A stretch of 64,000 bases of DNA from an uncultured Actinomycetota bacterium (GCA_963832935.1 CAWHWA010000010.1:62242-126241); one strand, 5' to 3'. Numbered from the stretch's first letter, positions 46,497 through 58,216 are shown. The notes: generated by a model from the letters alone, not told the origin. Translations and numbers: made by a program.

Positions 46497-48085
46497 GCAC
46501 CGAGTCGCCACCCGCGAGCTCCGCTCACCGTCCGGGGCTGGCTGTTCCTCGTGTTGCTCAGCATGGGTGTGCTGGTGCTCGCCAGTGCGGTGGCCGGCGC
46601 GGTGTTGCTGAACCGCACCGACGAGGTGTCGCGCGACCTGAGCGACCAAATTCAGCCGGCGCGGGTCGCCGCCTTCCAGCTGCAAGCGGCGTTGCGCGAC
46701 CAGGAGACCGGTGTTCGCGGTTACGCGATCGCCGCCGATCGGCAGTTCCTCACGCCGTACTACGACGGGCAGCACGCCGAACACGCAGCGGCCGAGGACA
46801 TCCGGCGGTTGGTCGGTCAGCGCGTGGACCTGATCAACGATCTGGACGCGATCGAGAGGGCCGCCGCCAACTGGCGGGCCAGCTCTGCTGAGCCGTTGAT
46901 CGCGAGCGTGGCTCCCAACGCCCCCGACATCGTGAACAGTAGGGTCGCCGACCGCGGTAAAGCCGAATTCGACCGTTTGCGTGAGCTTTTCGATACCCAA
47001 AATGCGGATCTCGCCGCGGCGTCGGCGCATGGTATGAACGAATTGAAAGACATGACTGCCTGGCGGGACCGGGTGCTGGGTGCGGTCGTGTTGGTCTTCT
47101 TCGGCCTCGCCATCACGTTGGGACTGCTGACCCGGGCCGCCATCACCATTCCGCTCGCGGCGCTGGCCGCGTCATGCCGGCGGATCACCGAAGGCAGCTT
47201 CACCGAATCGATCTCGCCCCCGCGGCGGCCGAAGGACATTCGGGATATGGCGATCGACGTCGAGAACATGCGGCAGCGAATCGTTTCGGCGCTCGACAAT
47301 TCGCGGGCGGCCGAGGCGCGATTGGACGAGCAGGCGGTCGAATTGAAGCGTTCCAACGCCGAACTCGAGCAGTTCGCCTATGTCGCCTCACACGATCTGC
47401 AGGAGCCGCTGCGCAAGGTTGCCTCGTTCTGCCAGCTGCTCGAGAAGCGATACGGCGACCAGCTCGACGAGCACGGTATCGAATACATCGGGTTCGCCGT
47501 CGACGGTGCCAAGCGCATGCAGGTGCTGATCAACGATCTATTGACCTTCTCCCGGGTCGGCCGGGCGGGGATCAAGCACACCGAGCTCGACCTGGACACG
47601 ACCCTGGATGCCGCCCTGGCCAACCTGGCCGCCGCCATCGAGGAATCGAACGCCGAGATCGTACGTCCCAAGCAGCCTCTGCCGCGGGTCATGGGGGATC
47701 CCACGCTGCTGACGATGTTGTGGCAGAACCTGATTGCCAATGCGATGAAGTTCCGCCATGTTGATCGCGCACCCCGGATCGTCATCGACTGTCGAACGAC
47801 ACCCCAATGATCGCGAATGCTTGCTGACCGTATCGGATAACGGCATCGGCATCGCCGAAGAGTTCACCGACAAGGTCTTCGTCATCTTCCAGCGTCTGCA
47901 CGGCCGCGACGTGTACCCCGGAACCGGTGTCGGGCTGGCACTCGTGAAAAAGATCGTCGAGTATCACGGCGGCGCCGTCCGGATCGACACGACTTACACC
48001 GAGGGAACCCGGTTCGAGTTCACGCTCCCCGTACCGGCCCGTGAACGTCGAACGCCCAACCACCTTGCAAGGAGCCCAGCAATGA
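46493..48085 (+). CDS. Membrane sensor histidine kinase TM-CHASE3-TM-HAMP-HisKA-HATPase (frameshifted)
   Basis: DQETGVRGY (CHASE3), EQFAYVASHDLQEPLR (H-box), QNLIANA, DNGIGI, GTGVGL. Confidence 0.88.
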
Positions 48086-48530
48086 CGCCAGCCGGTAGAG
48101 CAATCGAGATCCTGCTCGTCGAGGACGACGCAGGGGACGAACTCATCACACGGGAAGCATTGAAGCACAACAAGTTCAAAAATAAGCTGCACGTCGCGCA
48201 CGACGGGGAAGAAGGGCTGAACTTCCTCTATCGGCGCGGCAAGTTTCAGGACGTGCCGCGGCCCGATCTCATCCTGCTGGATTTGAACCTGCCGAAATAC
48301 GATGGGCGCCAACTGCTGGAAAAGGTGAAGTCCGACGCCGACCTCTCCGCATCCCGGTCGTGGTGCTCACCACCTCTTCGGCTGAGGAAGACATCCTGCG
48401 CAGCTACAAGTTGCACGCCAATGCCTATGTCACCAAGCCGGTCGACCTGGACCAATTCATCAGCGCGGTAAGGCAGATCGACGAATTCTTCCTTCAGGTC
48501 GTGCGTCTTCCGGGCGTGCCGGAAATCTAG
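48082..48530 (+). CDS. Single-domain response regulator, Rcp1-type (indel ~48350)
   Basis: [47 protein letters not shown]; AAGGAG RBS. Confidence 0.88.
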
Positions 48531-49378
48531 GACTCCGAATGCCGTCGGGCGAATAGCGTGATCAGCCGCCCGACGCCGATCAGCAGCAACAGGAACACGA
48601 TCAGCAAGAAGGCCGCATCGTAGGACAGGTCCTGGGCTGTTTTGGACGGCAGGTTGTAGAACGTCCAGATCGGATAGGTCAGGTAACCGACCGGCGAGTG
48701 GGTAAGTTGTCCGGTCGGCAGCGATGCCGACCAGCCCGCCGTGTAGAGCATCGGCGCCGTCTCGCTGATCGCGAGCGCCAGGGCCACCAGCGTGCCGGTG
48801 ACGATCCCGGGAATTGCGGGCTTCAGCACGATCTTGCGCAGGGTCCAATTGATCGGAAGACCAAGTGCCTGTGCGCCTTCCCGGTATGACGTCGGCACCT
48901 GACCGAGAGCCGACTCGGTGGCCTTGGTGATGTAGGGAATGCTCATCACCGAGAGCACCAACACCCCGGCCGCCAGGGAAAACCCCCAGTCGAAGTTCAC
49001 CACCAGCGCGAGGTAGCCGACGTAGCCGAGCACGATGGCGGGGATGCCGGAAAGCACCTCGTAGGCGCCCCGCAGAATGGATCGCGTTCTGCCCGTGGCG
49101 AATTCGGAGAGATAGATTCCCGCTAACACACTCACGGTGCCGCCCACCAGCATGACGCCGAGGCCGAGGACCACGGTCCCGACGATCGCGTTGCGCAGGC
49201 CGCCGCCATTGCCCTGGGTGTCCTGCACCAGCACGCTGAAGTGGAAAACCGGCAGGGCGCGGCTGACGACGCCGATCAGCATCCACAATGTCGGGACGAC
49301 CACCGCTGAAAGGCAACCGAAGCAGCACGCCCAGAACACGACGTTGGCGGTCTTGCGTCGAACCGCAACCGATCCCAT
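48527..49378 (-). CDS. pstA: Phosphate-type ABC transporter permease PstA
   Basis: [18 protein letters not shown] (EAA-like), SETAP. Confidence 0.92.
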   Translation of the reverse strand: MGSVAVRRKTANVVFWACCFGCLSAVVVPTLWMLIGVVSRALPVFHFSVLVQDTQGNGGGLRNAIVGTVVLGLGVMLVGGTVSVLAGIYLSEFATGRTRSILRGAYEVLSGIPAIVLGYVGYLALVVNFDWGFSLAAGVLVLSVMSIPYITKATESALGQVPTSYREGAQALGLPINWTLRKIVLKPAIPGIVTGTLVALALAISETAPMLYTAGWSASLPTGQLTHSPVGYLTYPIWTFYNLPSKTAQDLSYDAAFLLIVFLLLLIGVGRLITLFARRHSES

Positions 49379-49379
49379 T

Positions 49380-50432
49380 TCACACCCCTCGCCCGACGGG
49401 TAGCGCGGTACCCGAGGTGCGGCGCACCAGAGCGCGGGCGGCCATATTGGTCAGCAAGGTGATCAACATCAGCACCAGGCTTACTTCCGCCAGTGTCTTC
49501 ACCGCGAAGTTGGTGGAGTCGGTCAGCGCCGAATCCAGTTGTGACACAACGGTCGCGGCGATGGTGGTCATTGTCGAGTAGATATTGGTGGGCATCGCGC
49601 CCAATTCCGCCCCCGACACCATGGCGACGGCCATCGTCTCGCCCAGCGCACGTCCGAGTCCCAGCACCACGGCGCCGACAATGCCGCTGAACACCCACGG
49701 CAGGGTGACCTTGCGTGCGCACTCCCAATCGGACATCCCCAGCGCGGTCGCACCCTCGCGGGGCAACACCGGTACTTGCTGGATCAGGTCGCGGCAGGTG
49801 CTGGCGATGATGGGGACGATCATCACCGCCAGCACCAGGCCGGACACCAACATGCCCTCTCCGTTGCCGGTGTTACCGCGAAAGTAGTTCAGCACCGGTA
49901 CATCCGGGGCGTTTCGGGCGATCACTGGAGCGACGTGGTGGGCGATAAACGGCCCGAATGTCATTGCGCCCCACAGGCCGACAACGACGCTGGGAATGCC
50001 GGCGAGCAATTCGAGCACCATGCCGACGGCCGACGCGAGGCGCTTCGGCAACCGTTGTGCGATCGCGAATGCCGCGCCGAGGGACACCGGTACCGCGAAG
50101 ATCAGAGCGATCGCCGAGCTCGCCAGGGTGCCGACGATCAACGGCAAGGCCCCGTAATCGACGCCGACTGGATGTGCGACGCCGTGGGTGACAGCGGTGT
50201 CACCGTAGGTGTTGCCCGGGTTCCATGCGGTGCCGGTGAAAAAGTGCAGCCCATTGACCCGGATCGCGCCCATCGCCTCGATAACCAGCGTCGCCAGCAC
50301 GAACACCAGCGCGAGCAGCGGGATTACCGCGGCCGCCGCACCTGCCCACCGGACCACCAGGCCCTCACGGCGCACGCCGCGGCTCGGCGCACGCTCCGGG
50401 TTGCAGAGCCCGGACGGCAAAAGAAGCGTCAC
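49380..50432 (-). CDS. pstC: Phosphate-type ABC transporter permease PstC
   Basis: [32 protein letters not shown]. Confidence 0.92.
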   Translation of the reverse strand: MTLLLPSGLCNPERAPSRGVRREGLVVRWAGAAAAVIPLLALVFVLATLVIEAMGAIRVNGLHFFTGTAWNPGNTYGDTAVTHGVAHPVGVDYGALPLIVGTLASSAIALIFAVPVSLGAAFAIAQRLPKRLASAVGMVLELLAGIPSVVVGLWGAMTFGPFIAHHVAPVIARNAPDVPVLNYFRGNTGNGEGMLVSGLVLAVMIVPIIASTCRDLIQQVPVLPREGATALGMSDWECARKVTLPWVFSGIVGAVVLGLGRALGETMAVAMVSGAELGAMPTNIYSTMTTIAATVVSQLDSALTDSTNFAVKTLAEVSLVLMLITLLTNMAARALVRRTSGTALPVGRGV

Positions 50433-50441
50433 CGAAGGTAC

Positions 50442-51557
50442 TTAGCCGGAGATCTTGGCGATCTGGGCATCGGATAGCTTCGCCACCGAAGCCGGCAGCG
50501 GCTGGAAGTGGAACTGATCCAGGAACGTCGGGCTGTTGCCGTCGGTCACCGCCCAGTGCAGGAAGGCCTGCATCGTCTGTGCGACGGCGGGATCCTTCTG
50601 GTTGCTATAGACGACCGCGTACTCGTAGTTGACGATCGGGTATCCGTCCGGCGCGGGACCGTTGATCAGCGAAACCACCTGGTTCGCCGGGGTCTGCGCG
50701 GCGAAGCCGGCGGCCTCGGCCGCGACGCTTTGGGCGTTGGGCAGCAGGTAACTGCCTGAAGCATTGGCTAATTCGGCCTCGCCCAGCCCCTTCTGGCTGG
50801 CTTGGTCGAGGTAGCTGGTGCCGATGTAGGCCACGCAGCCGGGCGTTTGAGCGCAGCCGGTCACCATGCCGCCCGCGCCGTTCTCACCCAGCGCACCGGG
50901 TACCGCGGGGAAGGCGATGGTGGTGTTGTAGCCGGGTGATTTACCCCAGCCATCGGGGTCTTGCTTCGACAGATACTGGGTGAACACGAAGGTGTCGCCG
51001 GATCCGTCGGAGCGGTGTAGCGGAACCACCGGTGTGGCAGGCAAATTCACCCCGGGGTTCAGCGCGGCGATCTGCGGGTCGTTCCAGGTTTTGATCGTGC
51101 CCTGATACATCGCCGCCAGCACCTTGCCATTCAGCTTGAGGTGCTCGGTGACCCCGGGCAGGTTGTAGTTCACCTGCTCGGCGGAAACCGCCAGCGCGAC
51201 GTTCATCAGCCCTTGGTGCGCGGACAGGTCGCCGCCGGACAGGTAGGCGCCGGAGGCGCCGATGTTGACCGCTCCGGCGGCGGCCTGGGAGATCCCGGCA
51301 CCGGATCCGGTGCTGCCGGTGGTGATCGAGACGTTCGGATATTTCGCGTTGTAGGCCGGAGCCCACAGATTCATCAATGGGTACAGCTCGGTGGCGCCGG
51401 TCTCCGACAATGCCACCTTCGATGTCGCTGGCGACGCCGAAGGGTTACCTGTCGTGGATCCGGTACTCGCCGAACCGCCCGTCGAGCTCGAACCGCAGGC
51501 CGTTGCGGCCAGCAGCACCGGCACAGCGATCCATAGGGTACGCAATCGAATCTTCAT
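50442..51557 (-). CDS. pstS: PstS1 (38-kDa antigen)-like binding lipoprotein with altered pocket
   Basis: Lipobox ATAC, TGSGAGI, HRSDGSGDT, YPIVNYEY. Confidence 0.88.
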   Translation of the reverse strand: MKIRLRTLWIAVPVLLAATACGSSSTGGSASTGSTTGNPSASPATSKVALSETGATELYPLMNLWAPAYNAKYPNVSITTGSTGSGAGISQAAAGAVNIGASGAYLSGGDLSAHQGLMNVALAVSAEQVNYNLPGVTEHLKLNGKVLAAMYQGTIKTWNDPQIAALNPGVNLPATPVVPLHRSDGSGDTFVFTQYLSKQDPDGWGKSPGYNTTIAFPAVPGALGENGAGGMVTGCAQTPGCVAYIGTSYLDQASQKGLGEAELANASGSYLLPNAQSVAAEAAGFAAQTPANQVVSLINGPAPDGYPIVNYEYAVVYSNQKDPAVAQTMQAFLHWAVTDGNSPTFLDQFHFQPLPASVAKLSDAQIAKISG

Positions 51558-51563
51558 GGGACC

Positions 51564-52403
51564 TCACCTTTCTCGTCCCCCGTCTGCGCCCCCACGCGGT
51601 TGTGTTGCTGTGAAGCCCGAGATATACCGGACTGTTTCGGCATGCTTCGGCGACAAGAACAACTGCGCGGTGGGCCCCTCCTCGACGAGCCTGCCGTCGA
51701 AGAACAAGGCGGTGCGATCACCTATCCGGGCTGCTTGGGCGAGATCGTGCGTCACCACGATCACGGTGAGCCGGTTGGTGAGCGATCGAATGAGGTCTTC
51801 GATCTTCTCGGTCGTGGTGGGGTCCAGCGAGGAGGTGGGTTCGTCGAGCAGCAGTACTTCCGGGTTCACCGCGAGCGCGCGGGCCAGACACAACAACTGC
51901 TGCTGACCACCGGAGAGCCGGAACGGCGAATCGCGCAGCCGATCCTTGACCGCGTCCCACAGGCCCACTTCGGCCAGTCGGGCCTCGGCGACGACCTTGA
52001 AGTCCTTGCGCGGCACCATCTTATGAGCGCGCACGCCGGCGATCACGTTGTCGATAATCGACATCGGGAAAGGATTGGGACGCTGGAACAGCATGCCGAC
52101 CCGGCGTCGAAAATCCATCAGGTCTTGGGTTTTGAAAATGCTCCGGCCACCCAGCAACACATCGCCGCTGTGCCGGTAGCCGGAGACCCGGTCATTCATG
52201 CGATTCAGGGTGCGCAGGAAGGTCGTCTTGCCGGAGCCGGTCGGTCCGAGCAAGGACGTGACAGCATGCGCGGGAAAGTCCAGGCTCACCTCGTCGAGCA
52301 CCGTCTTGGCGCCGAAGCGCAGCGTGAGGTTCACCGCCCGCATCGCGAAAGTCGGTATCTGCGAGCCGGTCTCGCCGCTGAGCCGTTCCGGACTGATCAA
52401 CAC
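51564..52403 (-). CDS. pstB: Phosphate-type ABC transporter ATPase
   Basis: GPTGSGKT, FQRPNPF, LSGGQQQ, LLLDEPT. Confidence 0.92.
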   Translation of the reverse strand: MLISPERLSGETGSQIPTFAMRAVNLTLRFGAKTVLDEVSLDFPAHAVTSLLGPTGSGKTTFLRTLNRMNDRVSGYRHSGDVLLGGRSIFKTQDLMDFRRRVGMLFQRPNPFPMSIIDNVIAGVRAHKMVPRKDFKVVAEARLAEVGLWDAVKDRLRDSPFRLSGGQQQLLCLARALAVNPEVLLLDEPTSSLDPTTTEKIEDLIRSLTNRLTVIVVTHDLAQAARIGDRTALFFDGRLVEEGPTAQLFLSPKHAETVRYISGFTATQPRGGADGGRER

Positions 52404-52622
52404 CCCATCAAGCTACGTCGCTCGACGGCATTGATGACCATGCGCGGCGATCCTCTGCATATCTTCAAAGCCCGCGCTCATCCTGCGCCCAGCTTCGAAG
52501 ACGGGCCCAGGATTCTGGATTCTTCAGAGGTGCCGCTCAGCCTGCTCCCATCTTTCGGGGTTTCGATATGCACAGGTTCACGTCTCCATCTCCTACGACG
52601 GAAACGTGTTCCAGGGGGCTCC

Positions 52623-52649
52623 GGTGGCGGAGTGAGTGTGTCCGCCACC
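52623..52649. other. Perfect 9-bp stem-loop ahead of the pstS2-like RBS
   Basis: GGTGGCGGA-N9-TCCGCCACC. Confidence 0.5.
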
Positions 52650-52671
52650 CTGACATTTCGGAGGAGTTCCG

Positions 52672-53784
52672 GTGACTCGCAACCGAGCCGGTGTCACGCT
52701 GAGTCTGTTGGGCGCCTGCGCGCTGGCCTTGTCGGCTTGCGGCAGCAGCACGCACGCCTCGTCGTCGGGATCGAGCCCCGCGCCCGCGACGGTGCAGTGC
52801 GGCGGCAAGAAACAACTCAAGGGCAGCGGCGCGGCAGCGCAGGAAAACGCGATGGAACAGTTCGTCTTCGCCTACGTTCACGCGTGCCCAGGATCCACGC
52901 TGGACTACAACGCGAACGGATCCGGCGCCGGGGTGACGGACTTCCTGAACAACGTGTCCGATCTGGCGGGTTCGGGTGATCCGCTGGATCCGTCGAAGGG
53001 TCAGATCGATCGCGCCGTGCAGCGCTGCGGTTCGCCGGCGTGGGACCTGCCGACGGTGTTTGCGCCGATCGCGATCACCTACAACGTCAGCGGCGTGAAC
53101 TCGCTGAAACTTGACGCTGCGACGCTGGCAAGGATCTTCAACGGCGGCATCAACCGGTGGGACGATCCGGCGATCAGGTCGCTCAACCCGGGTATCAACC
53201 TGCCGTCGGCGCCCATTCGCGTGTTCTTCCGCAGCGACCAGTCCGGCGACACATCCAACTTCCAGCAATACCTGGTTGCCGCGTCCAACGGCGCCTGGGG
53301 CAAAGGGGCCGGCCAGACGTTCCTCGGCGGTGTCGGTGACGGTGGCGCCGGCGACGACGGTACGTCGGCGCAAGTGCAGAGCACCGACGGGGCGATCACC
53401 TACAACGAGTGGTCGTTCGCGGTGGGCAAGCAGTTGAGCATCGCCCAGATCATCACCTCTGCCGGTCCTGATGCGGTGTCGATCACCACCGACTCGGTCA
53501 GCAAGACACTCGCCGGGGTCACCTTCAAGGGGCAGGGTAACGACCTGGTGGTGGACACCTCGTCGTTCTACAAGCCGACGCAGCCCGGTGCCTACCCGAT
53601 CGTTGAGCCGACCTACGAGGTCGTCTGCTCGAAGTATCCGGATTCGGCGACCGGCGCGGCGGTAAAAGCGTTCATGCAGGCCGCAATTGGGCCCGGCCAG
53701 GTCGGTTTGGACCAGTACGGGGCGATCCCGCTGCCGAGTTCCTTGCAATCGAAAATAGCGACGGCCGTCAATGCGCTTTCGTAG
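52672..53784 (+). CDS. pstS: PstS2-like binding lipoprotein with altered pocket
   Basis: Lipobox LSAC, CGGKK, NGSGAG, RSDQSG, YNEWS; GGAGG RBS. Confidence 0.88.
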   Translation: MTRNRAGVTLSLLGACALALSACGSSTHASSSGSSPAPATVQCGGKKQLKGSGAAAQENAMEQFVFAYVHACPGSTLDYNANGSGAGVTDFLNNVSDLAGSGDPLDPSKGQIDRAVQRCGSPAWDLPTVFAPIAITYNVSGVNSLKLDAATLARIFNGGINRWDDPAIRSLNPGINLPSAPIRVFFRSDQSGDTSNFQQYLVAASNGAWGKGAGQTFLGGVGDGGAGDDGTSAQVQSTDGAITYNEWSFAVGKQLSIAQIITSAGPDAVSITTDSVSKTLAGVTFKGQGNDLVVDTSSFYKPTQPGAYPIVEPTYEVVCSKYPDSATGAAVKAFMQAAIGPGQVGLDQYGAIPLPSSLQSKIATAVNALS

Positions 53785-53815
53785 TTCGCTGAATTCTTGA
53801 GAAGGAGCGTGGCCG

Positions 53816-55704
53816 GTGAACGATACTGTTTCGCGAGCGGGAACTCGATTTGGCCATTATCAGCTGAAGCGACTGCTGGGTCGCGGCGGCATGGGCGAGG
53901 TGTATCAGGCCGAGGACACCCGCAAGCACCGGGTTGTCGCGCTGAAGCTGATCTCGCGGGAATTCTCCACGGACGCAACGTTTCGCGCGCGGATGCAACG
54001 CGAGGCTGACACCGCGGGGCGGCTGACCGAACCGCACATCGTGCCGATCCACGACTACGGCGACATCGACGGTCAGTTCTACGTCGAGATGCGGATGATC
54101 GAAGGCACCTCGTTGCGCAGCATGTTGATGAACTACGGCCCGCTGACGCCGGTCCGCACCGTTGCCATCGTGCACCAAATCGCGGCCGCCCTGGACGCCG
54201 CGCATGCCAGCGGCGTCACTCATCGCGACGTCAAACCGGAGAACATCCTCGTCACCAACGACGACTTCGCCTATCTGGTGGATTTCGGCATCGCCCGCGC
54301 GGCAACCGACCCGGGTTGACCCAGGTCGGAATCGCCTTGGGCACCTACAACTACATGGCCCCGGAGCGGTTCACCGGTGACGAGGTCACCTACCGCTCCG
54401 ATATCTATGCGCTGGCTTGCGTATTGGGTGAATGTTTGACCGGGGGCGCCGCCCTACCGGGCCGACAGCATCGAACGGTTGATCGCCGCACATCTGCTCG
54501 AGCCGACTCCGCGGCCCAGCGAGCTACGGCCCGGCCGGGTGCCGCCCGCTTTGGATCAGGTGATCGGCAGGGGCATGGCCAAGAGCCCGGCGGACCGGTA
54601 TTTCACCGCCGGGGATCTGGCCGCGGCCGCCCACGACGCGCTCACCTCGCCCGAGCAGTACCAAGAGGCCACGATCCTGCGCGGCAAGGCCAGCAAGCGG
54701 GTGGTGAAACGATGGCCCGGCCGGTGTCCTGGGATGGACGCGACGGCGGGTGGCATCAACCCGGCCCGCCAGGCTCGGTGACCTCGAGGCCGCAACCGCT
54801 TGCCCCGCAACGTGACTCGATCACCGAGCGCAAGCGCAGGAAGTGGGTCCTCGTCGGCGCCGCGGTCGTGCTGCTCGTCGCGGCCATCGGCGCAGGCGGA
54901 TACCTGGGAACGCGCCCGTCGGCGGCGTCCAAACAGCCGGCATCGGGACAAACCGAGCTGCCGTTCAACGGGATTGACTTCCGGCTCTCTCCGGGCGGGG
55001 TGGCGCTGGACAAGGCCGGCGACGTGTACGTCACCAGTGAAGGCATGTACGGCCGCGTGGTGGAATTGTCGCCCGGGTCGAGCAATCCGACGGTGCTGCC
55101 GTTCAGTGGGCTGTACCAGCCGCAGGGGCTGACGGTGGATGGTGCCGGAACCGTGTACGTCGCCGATTTCAACAACCGGGTGGTGAAGCTGGCGGCGGGA
55201 TCGAACACCCAGACCGTGCTGCCGTTCACCGGCCTCAACTACCCCGAAGGGGTTGCGGTGGATGGCCAGGGCAGCGTTTACGTCGCCGACCGGGGTAACA
55301 ACAGGGTGCTGAAGTTGGCGGCGGGATCGAATGCCCAGACCGTGCTGCCGTTCACCGGATTGAAGAATCCGGATGGCGTGGCGGTGGATCCCGCCGGCAA
55401 TGTCTACGTCACCGACACCGACAACAACCGGGTGTTGATGTTGGCGGCGGGGTCGAGCGCCCAGACCGTGCTCCCGTTCGGCAGTGTCCCGGTGCCGTGG
55501 GGTATCGCGGTGGACAACGCCGGCGATGTGTTGGTCACAGAACACGATGCCAACCAGGTGCTGAAACTGGCCGCCGGGTCGAACACCCCGACGGTGCTGC
55601 CGTTGACCGGCCTCAACACTCCGTTAGGCGTTGCGGTGGATAACGCGGGGACCGTCTACGTCGCCGACCGCGGCAACGACAGGACGGTCAAGCTGGTGGC
55701 CTGA
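53816..55704 (+). CDS. pknD: Ser/Thr kinase PknD with extracellular NHL beta-propeller (frameshifted)
   Basis: [32 protein letters not shown]; TM helix; six NHL repeats. Confidence 0.9.
54952..55701 (+). repeat. Six ~126-bp NHL coding repeats
   Basis: Repeated [29 protein letters not shown]. Confidence 0.85.
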
Positions 55705-57943
55705 CCGGTTGGTCGGGGCACACGATGCCACGCGGGGTGACCTCGTACACGCGGGCGGTCTCGATGTCGAAGAACACGCCGACAACCGCCAAGTCGCCGG
55801 ATCCGGCCGCGGTGGCCAGAATCGGGTGGTGTCGTCAGCCTTTCCAGCTGAATAGCGATGTTCACGATGCTCAGCTGGTCGATCTGCGAGTAGCCGATGG
55901 ATTCGGCGCTGCGGCGTGCCGGATGGTGATTCTGGTATGCGTCCAGACTTTCGCGCGCATATTCGAGCCACTGATCCATGGGTGTCGTCGCTTGATCGGT
56001 GCCGTCCTCGAGGAGCACCTTCATGGCGGCGCACGACGAATGCCCGCAGATGACAACCGAACTCACGCCCAGTTGGTTGGCGGCAAATTCGAGTGCGGCG
56101 TCGACTGATCGGTCGCCCGCGTTGGTCGGTACCAGGTTGCCGAAGTTGCGGACGGTGTACAGATCACCGGGGCCGCTGGCGGTGATGACGTTGGGCAGGA
56201 TCCGTGAGTCGGCACAGGTGAGGAACAGCGCATCCGGATCGTGCGAACCGCCGAGCCCGGCAATGTGCTGCTGCAAAACGGCAGCGCCGTTGCGGTGGTA
56301 CTCGTCGATGCGGTCGAGAATGGAAGCATCGCCGTTGTTTTGGTGATTGCTGCGCGCAGACCGCCACGGCACCAGCCCTAGCGGATCGGAAGGGAAGTGA
56401 CGCTTGGGTGGACTGGCATTCGCGTTGTGCAGCTTCGTGGACGACGCCTCGACGATTGCCACCACTCCGCCCCGCGCCTCGTGGGCTCGTTGCCAATCCG
56501 AGATCACCTCTGAGACCGAGTCGTCGATGTAGTCCGCGTTCACGTTCAGGGTCACCTCGGACCCTTGCGGCACCGACGCGAGCGCCTTGGTCAGGCGCGG
56601 CAGCAGCAAGAAGCTCAACGTGCCGTCGATATCGATCCGCCACTGCTTGGACTGCTCGCCGCCAACCGGTCGCACCGAAACGGGCGCGCGGGTGACCCTG
56701 ACCAGTAGCAAGCCGATAGCGACCGCGAGTCCAATGGCCACACCTTCCAGCAGGTTGAGGAACACCACGAGACAAAATGGTGACGGCGTAGATTGCGAAA
56801 TTGCCTGTCCGCCAAGCCAGTTTGATGTGTGCCAGCGTGACCAGCCGGGTACCGATAACGATCAGCAGTCCGGCCAGCGCTGCCTTCGGGACGAGTTCCA
56901 CCAGTTCGGTGAACATCGAGGCGAACAACAGGATCCATACGCCGTGCAGCACCGCTGACATTCGGGTGCGGGCGCCGGCGGCCACGTTGGCCGAGCTACG
57001 CACGATGACACCGGTGATCGGCAGCCCGCCGAGCAAGCCGGACACCACGTTCGCGGTGCCCTGCCCGATGATCTCCCTGTCGAAGTTCGTGCGCGGGCCG
57101 TCGTGTAGCTTGTCGACACCGACTGCGCACAAAAGCGATTCGACGCTGGCGATCAGGGCGATCGTGAGGACACCGACGATTATATCCTCGGTCTCGTCCA
57201 TCCACGCCTTGCCCTTCGGGGTCGCTCCCGAGATATTGGGCAAGTTGATGGCGTCGAAGAAGTTGCCGGACAAAGAGATTCGATCGGCATCCAGTCCCGC
57301 TGCTGTCGCAAGCGCGGTGGCCGCCACGATGGCCACCAGCGGGGCCAGGGATCATCCGCACCTTGGCGGGCAGCCTTGACCACACCAACAAGATGGCGAT
57401 GACCGTCCCGCCGGTGATCACTTCATCCAGCTCGTGATGAAGGATGCCGTTCGGCAGCGCCATGAGGTTCTGCCATGCCGAGCTGTGTGAGGATCCACCC
57501 ATCAGCACGTGAACCTGCTGCAACATGATCGTGATGCCGATGCCCGCCAGCATCGCGTGCACCACCACTGGAGCGATAGCCAGCGCGGCGCGAGCCATCC
57601 GGCTCAGGCCGAACGCGATCTGCAGTGCGCCCGCGCCGATGGTCATCAGGCACAACATCGGGAAACCAAGATCATCGATCAGCCCGGCGACCACGACGGT
57701 GAGACCCGCGGCCGGGCCACTGACCTGAACCGACGACCCGCCAAGGGATCCGGCGACGATTCCGCCCACTACCGCGGCGATCAAGCCGGCGGCCAGTGGG
57801 GCCCCGGAGGCGATCGCGATGCCCAGCGAAAGCGGCAGGGCCACAAGGAAGACGACAAGCGACGCGGGAAGGTCGTGGCGCAGATTCTGTAGAAACGGCC
57901 CGGATTTGGCCGTTTTCACGAGATTGCTGATAGGCGCGTTCAT
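55688..57943 (-). CDS. SulP anion transporter fused to beta-carbonic anhydrase (Rv3273-like; frameshifted)
   Basis: [30 protein letters not shown]; Zn ligand motifs TCADSR and GHSSC. Confidence 0.88.
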
Positions 57944-58216
57944 AAGTCGACTCCTCGGGCTGACGGACTCTTTATGACCGGTCGAACGTCGTGTGTCAAT
58001 GCGAGCGTACGGGGCCCGGGAACCAAGACAGCTCAAATCAGCGGACGACAAGACATTGCGCCGCCTGCGGCTAGTTCGTGTGAAGAAGCCTTGCGCGGTT
58101 GCCCGGTTGCCTCGATGAACGCCTACGGATTCATCGACAACTCAAAGAAACCCAGGTATCGCCAGGTTGACAACAAAGCGTTTCATGGGCAATTCAAAGA
58201 CAGGCCATGCGGAAAA

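Noticed and set aside
52576-52581. GTTCAC as a RegX3/PHO box in the pst intergenic region
   Set aside because: A single half-site with no correctly spaced partner.
54952-55701. Regularly spaced repeats resembling a CRISPR array
   Set aside because: In-frame 126-bp NHL coding repeats of PknD; no unique spacers and no cas genes.
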